Under the pieces are notes generated by a model. The model was not told where the DNA came from. It worked only from the letters and a program-made list of their open reading frames with translations, and did not search any database. A stretch of 63,545 bases of DNA, counting the filler, from Octopus bimaculoides (Eukaryota): NCBI RefSeq assembly GCF_001194135.2. It is 7 parts of 6 records of this genome, joined end to end, with 100 filler letters (N's around TTAATTAATTAA, not from the genome) between each part and the next. Parts side by side here need not be neighbours in the genome. Positions count along the whole stretch, not along the records: positions 62,243 to 63,545 come from NW_026438402.1; 6 more parts are not named here. The stretch is one strand, 5' to 3'. Numbering within the stretch: the stretch's first letter is position 1; every line of letters begins with the position of its first letter. Both the position numbers and the translations under genes were made by a program. Below, piece by piece: positions 63,016-63,545 of the stretch.

Positions 63016-63545
63016 TATATACTTCACCTGAATATATAACTTCACCTGTTACTACCACCACAACCAGTTACTATGGCAATGATCCAAGTTGTTAATGGTT
63101 ACAACAGCTTCTGCTAGGCTTCACACTACTCCCACCACAACTACTAACCTCTCCCTCGCTAGATATAGTGACCAAACAACCCTCAAAATCAACAATTCCG
63201 TTCTAATTGCTTTGAATAAAGAATGAAAAAATATATATATACTAAAATGCTACATATTCCCCTCTAAGACGAGATGGCCATGGTTGGAACACTGCCCCAG
63301 AGTTAAAACTACAACTGACTTCTATTACAGAGAAGCAAGAGATTTCAATTAAAAGTTACATCCATAACGAGAAGAGAAGTAATTAGTATGAAGGTTCATT
63401 TGATGAGAACAAATAAGAGCAAAACATATCTAGAGTTGTCTACCCCGTTCGATACTTCAATAGCAAAAAATTATTATTTTTTGTGGTGGTGGTCATTGCT
63501 GTCAGCTTGACAATGTGCATGTGAAATGATGCATCACTACACATG

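Overview
This is an AT-rich, gap-riddled, microsatellite-dense animal genomic window. The SINE families match what I recall of Octopus repeats, so a coleoid origin is inferred, not proven. I see no rRNA, tRNA gene, CRISPR array or prokaryotic feature, and almost all long ORFs in the track are artefacts of N-runs or microsatellites. Most of the window is decayed mobile DNA: mariner, Tigger, Tc1, Chapaev-like and MULE/mariner MITEs; HERO-like, R4/Dong-like, Tx1/L1, RTE and L2/Crack-like LINE pieces; many tRNA-derived SINEs; and a 1,015-bp solo LTR with a 4-bp target-site duplication (TSD). Host genes: (i) a phase-1 terminal exon encoding a degenerate VWA domain (39944-40524, +); (ii) a phase-compatible 4-exon model for a small single-pass membrane protein (13741-19451, +); (iii) a probable first exon and promoter (MAAKMA|GTAAGA) on the minus strand at about 62.5 kb. 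The most striking unannotated signal is eight minimal type I hammerhead ribozyme folds of Penelope-like-element type (seven sequence families, found by manual folding). They include catalytic-core variants (U3:A8, U4C) and a palindrome carrying a hammerhead on each strand. Also notable is a tandem array of TATA/short-exon/splice-donor units fused to a HERO-like ORF close to the donor position.
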